Positions 58,687 to 64,000 of a stretch of 64,000 nt of DNA are shown here, one piece after another (position 1 is the first letter of the stretch; each line of letters opens with the position of its first letter). Source of the DNA: an uncultured Candidatus Saccharibacteria bacterium (GTDB lineage: Bacteria; Patescibacteriota; Doudnabacteria; UBA920); the NCBI GenBank assembly GCA_964384035.1, contig CAYLIB010000002.1, positions 28,704 to 92,703 of the forward strand, written 5' to 3'. Under the pieces are notes generated by a model, which saw nothing but the letters and a program-made list of their open reading frames with translations, searched no databases and was not told the origin of the DNA. The position numbers were made by a program, and so were the translations under genes.

Positions 58687-59469
58687 TTAAATAATAGTTT
58701 CTTTAAAATTTATATATGCATCATTAGGGTTGGCTATATCTTCCCTTAGAACAAAATTCACTCCCTCTACGTTTTGTGTATTTAGATATTCTTTCTCAGA
58801 AGCACCCAGCACGTAGTGAGTACAATTAATTACTGACTGCATCCATCCGAATCTCGTGTCTCTAGCCGGTGAAATTTTTTCTTTATCAAAAGCGGGTAGG
58901 GGAAGCTTTATTATTTTATTACCACCCTCATGCAGTTCAAGTCGATTTTCTCTAAACCTGCCTCTCACTATTTCTCCTTCATATTCAGTGTCAACAAAAA
59001 AATCTTCCACCTCAATAGCGCTTCGTCTAACAGCGGGGTCGCTAGATCTAATAATATCGACCCCCTCTAGAATTCCAAGTTTTTGGTACATTCGAATACA
59101 AAACCCAGCCGCTGTATCGGATTTAACGTCCTTAAATATTTGTACGAGTTCTTTATTTACATATTGGGGAAGTTTTCTCGATATTTCCTCCTGCCAACCC
59201 ATCGGTATTCTTTTACAGTAAAGAGGGCTAAATTTTTTTTGGATTTTATTTTCTTGAACAAAATTCAAATTTGCTCGCACACCACTCTGTCTGTCTATTA
59301 AAGTTGTAACTGTTTCTCTGTAGTCACTGTCGGAGTCGTGACAAAACCAAACTATGCTTCCACCTATTTCTTTCTGTAATTTTTTAGCAGTTTCTATCTT
59401 TGAAACAAAGAATCTTTTTGGAAAAAAACCATTCGGTTGCTGACCTATGCAAATAATTGGTTCGCGCAT
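58687..59469 (-). CDS. Short BshC-like putative cysteine-adding enzyme
   Basis: IGQQP...K..TAKKL...VWFCHDSDSDYRE and YVLGASEKEY resemble BshC GQQ...K...FW...EDHD..E and YVGGPGE..Y; directly upstream of bshB1. Confidence 0.6.
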   Translation of the reverse strand: MREPIICIGQQPNGFFPKRFFVSKIETAKKLQKEIGGSIVWFCHDSDSDYRETVTTLIDRQSGVRANLNFVQENKIQKKFSPLYCKRIPMGWQEEISRKLPQYVNKELVQIFKDVKSDTAAGFCIRMYQKLGILEGVDIIRSSDPAVRRSAIEVEDFFVDTEYEGEIVRGRFRENRLELHEGGNKIIKLPLPAFDKEKISPARDTRFGWMQSVINCTHYVLGASEKEYLNTQNVEGVNFVLREDIANPNDAYINFKETII

Positions 59470-59582
59470 ATTTTGTTATTGGAAGTACCTTAATGTAGTC
59501 ATTGTAGCGAATAGAGTCAAAGCGGTAAAATTATGTTACAATGGTAAAAATACATAAATAATCCATGTATTTTTAGTTAATT

Positions 59583-60080
59583 ATGAATGAAAATTCTAAA
59601 AAGAGTATTATCTTCGTTTTACTTTTTGCGATTATAATATCTCTAGGTGTAATGGTCTATTTTAAAACTCAAAAAGGTAGTGTTTCTAAGTCTAACGTTT
59701 CAGGCGATCCTCAAACTATTAGCCCACAAAATACTCCGGATCAGACTCCTCCAAAAGATGTTGTTCCAGAGGCTAAGCCCGAAGAAGTTAAGCCTGTTAG
59801 TGGAAAATTACCTTACGAACAGGCATTGGAAAATTATAAGAGTAGTGGCTATAGGATTCAGCTTTCAAATTGTTCAGGAATTCCTGGCAAAATGAATATC
59901 AAGCAAGGTACTAAGTTTATGGTGGATAATAGGGATTCAGTAAAGCACATCGTAAAGTTAGCGAGTGTGTCTAGGTCTGTTGCTTCTTACGACTACGAGG
60001 TGTTTGTAGCACCAAAATATGGAACATACCATCTCACTTGCGACGGTAAAGGTTCGGCTGAATTAAATGTATACCCTTAA
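59583..60080 (+). CDS. Membrane-anchored hypothetical protein with a small beta (cupredoxin-like) C-terminal domain
   Basis: N-terminal TM helix, Pro-rich linker, NRDSVKH...GTYHLTC. Confidence 0.55.
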   Translation: MNENSKKSIIFVLLFAIIISLGVMVYFKTQKGSVSKSNVSGDPQTISPQNTPDQTPPKDVVPEAKPEEVKPVSGKLPYEQALENYKSSGYRIQLSNCSGIPGKMNIKQGTKFMVDNRDSVKHIVKLASVSRSVASYDYEVFVAPKYGTYHLTCDGKGSAELNVYP

Positions 60081-60120
60081 GTGCATAAAAAACAGAAGTT
60101 AAAACTTCTGTTTTTTTTAA

Positions 60121-61083
60121 TTAACGAGTCCTAAAGAATTCACTTAGTCTAGCCTTAAGAGGTTTATTGCATACTTTATTAAGCTCCTCAAGGTCTGAGC
60201 TTGTAGCTAATGCATTTTTTGACTGATTCAGTCTATACATTATGGAGTCCTTATCGTCTACATGTTCTAGGCCAAGTGAATGTCCTAGCTCGTGTGCTAA
60301 AACTCTTTCTAGTTGAGATCTTGTATCGAATTGGTAAATCTCTATTCGTTCTCCCGAAATATCACTTTTGTATACGCCTTCTTGAAACTCCTCACCTTGG
60401 TTACTGCCAATGGTATTGTATAAATTCACATTTAGGTTTAATTCATATGCAATTCTATTGAGTTGTCCGGCTAAAGCATTTAGGTCAGCAGCGAGATCAT
60501 TTATTTCTGCTCTTAGGACATTGAGATCTGAAATCTGTTCATTAAGCTTTTTCTGTTCACTTTGTAGTTTCTCGTATTCATTTTTTGGTGCACCACCCTT
60601 TGTGTTCCAATATTGTACATTCTTTTCAAACTGGCTTTTGCGTATATTAAACTCTGATTCCTGAGTTTGATAATTGGCTAGTTTTTGTTTGTATAGATTC
60701 TCTTTCTGAGAATATATAGCTTTAAGATTATCGTAAGTAGCTTTGCTTGAGTCAATACTTAAACCTAATTTTTTTAATCGCTCGGTTGCTTCTTGCCTAC
60801 TATCGAATACAAGACTTATTTTTAAGCTCCCATTTTCTGAGTATTCAAATAAATTTTTAGACGTAGGTGATTCCCATACTTTTTCAGTTTTATCAAGAAT
60901 TTGAATTAAATCTTGTTTTGAGATATTAAACCTAGGATCGATTTTTTCTATCTGATAAGTAATAGGGGAGGAGCAGGTGCTGAATTTCGCTAGTAATTTA
61001 TTGAAGGTGCTTTTGCTGTTTAAATAATATATGCCGGTGACTATTAAGCTAACTAAGCTAATTATTATGAATAATTTCTTCAT
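60121..61083 (-). CDS. Matrixin-family (M10-like) zinc metalloprotease with coiled-coil insert
   Basis: HELGHSLGLEH and Met-turn SIMY; N-terminal TM helix. Confidence 0.85.
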   Translation of the reverse strand: MKKLFIIISLVSLIVTGIYYLNSKSTFNKLLAKFSTCSSPITYQIEKIDPRFNISKQDLIQILDKTEKVWESPTSKNLFEYSENGSLKISLVFDSRQEATERLKKLGLSIDSSKATYDNLKAIYSQKENLYKQKLANYQTQESEFNIRKSQFEKNVQYWNTKGGAPKNEYEKLQSEQKKLNEQISDLNVLRAEINDLAADLNALAGQLNRIAYELNLNVNLYNTIGSNQGEEFQEGVYKSDISGERIEIYQFDTRSQLERVLAHELGHSLGLEHVDDKDSIMYRLNQSKNALATSSDLEELNKVCNKPLKARLSEFFRTR

Positions 61084-61090
61084 AATAGAA

Positions 61091-62059
61091 TTATAGACTA
61101 TTAGAGGTAAAATTCTTTATAACTTTAATTGCATCATCAGTATTATTAGTGTTGTAAAGTTTTTCTCTCAGTTCTGCGCACCCTGAAAAGTCCGCTACGT
61201 AAGATTTAAAGTGTTTTTTCATAAGTGCAAACGGTTTTTCCTTGCCAAAAAGTTTGCCAAAAATTTCTATATGTTCGGTTAGTACGTTAAGTTTGGTTTC
61301 CAGGTTTACCTTTTTGTTTTCAATAGAGAATAAGAAAGGATTACCAAAAATACCACGTCCTATCATAACTCCGTCGCATCCGGTTTGGTTTACTTTCTCC
61401 TTGGCTTCATCTGGGGATTGTACGTCACCATTTCCTAAAATGAGCGGTCTTTTAGAACTATTGGTTTCTTTTTCAACAAATCTTATTATGTCAGGCATTA
61501 TCTCCCAGTGTGCAGGAACTTTGGACATTTCTTTTCTAGTTCTTAAATGTATTGTAATTGCCGCTGGTTCAACCTCAAGTAAATTGTATATCCAGTTTTC
61601 CCAATCTATTTTAGCGTCGCCAATTCTTATTTTTACAGATACAGGAAGATTGGGTGCACCAGACTTTGTTTTTCTTACTATATCTTGAGCAAGTTTTTGG
61701 TTATTGAATAATGCTGCGCACGACCCTTGTTTCATTACCGCTTTATCCGGGCATCCCATATTTATGTCTATACCATCGAATCTCATATCTTGAAGCAGTC
61801 TTGCGGTGCCTTCGTATTTTTCCGGATGGGCCCCAAAAATCTGAGCAACAATTGGTCTTTCTTCCTCGCTATATAATAGATGGTGTTTGAGTTTCTCAAG
61901 GCCAGCGCTCATTAATCCGTCCGTGGAGACAAACTCTGTCCACATGACATCGGGTTTACCATACTTGGCAATTACACGCCGAAAAGCTTCATCCGTAACA
62001 TCATACATCGGAGCGAGAGCTAAAATAGGTTTATTTAGTTTTTCCCAAAAATTAATCAT
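61091..62059 (-). CDS. dus: tRNA-dihydrouridine synthase
   Basis: LAPM, TEFV, QIFG, DINMGCP, VSVKIR, H.RT, GNGDV, DGVMIGRG. Confidence 0.92.
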   Translation of the reverse strand: MINFWEKLNKPILALAPMYDVTDEAFRRVIAKYGKPDVMWTEFVSTDGLMSAGLEKLKHHLLYSEEERPIVAQIFGAHPEKYEGTARLLQDMRFDGIDINMGCPDKAVMKQGSCAALFNNQKLAQDIVRKTKSGAPNLPVSVKIRIGDAKIDWENWIYNLLEVEPAAITIHLRTRKEMSKVPAHWEIMPDIIRFVEKETNSSKRPLILGNGDVQSPDEAKEKVNQTGCDGVMIGRGIFGNPFLFSIENKKVNLETKLNVLTEHIEIFGKLFGKEKPFALMKKHFKSYVADFSGCAELREKLYNTNNTDDAIKVIKNFTSNSL

Positions 62060-62164
62060 AGATAGAAGGATACTAGCATCTATGAAAAATATTGACAATT
62101 ATACGCAAAAACAGTATAATTTGGCATTACTGCTCAAATTTCCAAAACAAGAAAGAGGAAAAAT

Positions 62165-63181
62165 ATGACTCGTGAAATTGTCGATAGACGTATTGTCGCG
62201 CCCTATGGCGGCAGCAACACACTAATGCAGGTCAATGGTTTGTCGTGTGTCTTGCACACACCCAAAGCCTGGACCAGCGCGCAGCCCGGGCTTCCCGAAT
62301 GCGCCCCGCGCCCCGCCTTCGCAGTAGACGAATATGTAAACTGTCCCGAAAGCTGGGTTCGTGGATCAGCCGACACCTCCAGTTATTTCGTGGCTGTGAA
62401 TAACGGCCAGGGTTTGTGGCTGGACTTCAACCAAAACCAGCACCATACCCATCACGTCGCTGTGTTGGTCTCGGTCCAAAAGGTTAACCCGATCACCACT
62501 ATGGTGGTCGAGGACAACCGAATCGAACAATACACCGACACCTGCCCCATTCACTCGGTGAAGTTCGGGCAAGATCGTTTCTGCTCGAAATGCGGTTGGA
62601 AATGGGACAAGCAAAACTACCTCTCTTCCGCTGGCACTCCGATCGGAAGCTTCTGGCTCGACGGATTCAAGACCGTGAACGGCGAAGTCAGGCAATATGT
62701 CCTAACGCTTGACACGGAGCGGGGAGTCGCGGCGCAAGTTGTGGGGGATGATAGAGTCTACGCGATCGGTATCGCGTTTTACCTTTCCAAAAACCCCAAA
62801 CCAGCGCCAGTGGTAGACCATTATCGTCGTCGCATGACACTCGGTGGTGGAGCTGTCGCCAAAGTTGGTCATGATAATCTTGAGACGCTTGTTTACCGTG
62901 GGTCATCTCGTGGTGGAACCCTGTCCATACCCTCACGCAGTCTCGATCGAGGTTTCGAAGCCGACACTTTCGAAATCGCTGCGGGTGAGCAGATCAAGCA
63001 AATCATCTACCCCGACCCGCTTGCGATCACCGACTACCAAGAAACCCCAGCTGGGATCATTTGCATTAACTACGTTTCGGAAGATTTCGCCCTCGATATC
63101 ATTCGTGGCGGAAAGGTTGACCGGGACGGTGGTGGTCTGGGATCCCTCAAAGGTCTGAAGGTCGGCAATAACCCCTTTTAG
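62165..63181 (+). CDS. Conserved hypothetical protein with a zinc-ribbon-like insert
   Basis: Own TTGACA-17-TATAAT promoter, GC-rich; WLDF, QNY, WLDGF...GEVRQYV, AAGEQIKQII.PD; CPIH...CSKC. Confidence 0.7.
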   Translation: MTREIVDRRIVAPYGGSNTLMQVNGLSCVLHTPKAWTSAQPGLPECAPRPAFAVDEYVNCPESWVRGSADTSSYFVAVNNGQGLWLDFNQNQHHTHHVAVLVSVQKVNPITTMVVEDNRIEQYTDTCPIHSVKFGQDRFCSKCGWKWDKQNYLSSAGTPIGSFWLDGFKTVNGEVRQYVLTLDTERGVAAQVVGDDRVYAIGIAFYLSKNPKPAPVVDHYRRRMTLGGGAVAKVGHDNLETLVYRGSSRGGTLSIPSRSLDRGFEADTFEIAAGEQIKQIIYPDPLAITDYQETPAGIICINYVSEDFALDIIRGGKVDRDGGGLGSLKGLKVGNNPF

Positions 63182-63298
63182 CACAAAGCAGTCTATGCTT
63201 TGTTTTTTTATACTCATAGACTAATAATTCGCGCGCCCATGCGATTTACTAGTCTCCTAGATTGACAAAATAAAATTTTTATATTATAATTTAGGCCT

Positions 63299-64000
63299 AT
63301 GTTAAAAACAGGAACGACCGAGAGTGGTTTTAATGGTTTAGGTATTGCTCCAAAACTACTCGCTATCCTGGATAGTAATGCGTTTACCGTACCAACGCCT
63401 ATTCAAGAACAATCGATACCCACTGCCCTAGAAGGCAAAGATATTATAGGAATCGCCCAAACCGGCACGGGCAAGACGCTTGCGTTCGGCATTCCGATGA
63501 TCCAAAGACTCGCAACCCAAAAAGGACTCGGACTTGTAGTCCTTCCAACTCGAGAATTGGCTCTTCAGGTAGAAGAGTCACTAGTTAGAGTAGGAAAACC
63601 CCTAGGTCTTAAAACCGCCGTATTAATTGGTGGTGAATCTATGGGAAAGCAATTGGGGCAACTTAGGCGAAATCCTCATGTTGTTATAGCTACTCCTGGT
63701 AGACTTATAGATCATATAGAGCAAAAAACTGTCGACCTCACCAAGACTACAATTTTAGTATTGGACGAAGCAGATAGAATGCTCGATATGGGTTTTGCTC
63801 CCCAGTTAAAGCGTATTTTAGTTACTGTTCCAAAAGAACGCCAAACTATGCTTTTCTCAGCCACAATGCCAGCAGAAATTACCAAAATTGCTTCCGGCTA
63901 TATGAAGCTACCAGTTAGAGTCGAAGTTGCTCCTCCGGGAACAACTGCGAAAAAAGTTACCCAAGAGCTTTTCTTTGTACCGAAAAATTCTAAGCCAGAA
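63299..64000 (+). CDS. DEAD-box RNA helicase (3' end beyond the window)
   Basis: Manual translation gives PTPIQ, AQTGTGKT, PTRELA, TPGRL, LDEAD, FSAT; absent from the ORF track because it has no stop in the window. Confidence 0.93.
   Translation, partial: MLKTGTTESGFNGLGIAPKLLAILDSNAFTVPTPIQEQSIPTALEGKDIIGIAQTGTGKTLAFGIPMIQRLATQKGLGLVVLPTRELALQVEESLVRVGKPLGLKTAVLIGGESMGKQLGQLRRNPHVVIATPGRLIDHIEQKTVDLTKTTILVLDEADRMLDMGFAPQLKRILVTVPKERQTMLFSATMPAEITKIASGYMKLPVRVEVAPPGTTAKKVTQELFFVPKNSKPE

Overview
This 64 kb window looks like chromosome from a small-genome Patescibacteria (CPR) bacterium, possibly Doudnabacteria-like. That assignment is inferred from gene content: a type IV pilus pilB/C/M/N/O block with no secretin, a very large secreted surface protein, tRNA-Arg(TCG), and many core genes without a Shine-Dalgarno site. 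From left to right: the end of a histidine kinase; tRNA-Pro flanked by nested partial copies of itself; a ~13.5 kb GC-richer Ter-type stress-response cluster (two TPM proteins, two HAD hydrolases, three ComF-like PRTase domains on two genes, TerC, two TerD, a TelA-like protein, vWA, DUF350) in which nearly every gene has its own consensus sigma70 promoter and terminator; glgP and glgA; a 1382-aa S-layer-like gene behind a ~780-nt highly structured leader; glycosylation and pilus genes; tRNA-Lys and tRNA-Arg; holA; typA; a ~490-nt non-coding unit bounded by a promoter and a terminator; zwf and gnd; a bacillithiol-type set (bshA, bshB1 and a half-length BshC-like protein); dus; and the start of a DEAD-box helicase. 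The strongest novelty candidates are the minimal BshC pathway, the two large structured RNAs, the expanded Ter-PRTase-HAD cluster and the tRNA-associated hairpin repeats. All family calls come from recognising motifs by eye; no searches were run.
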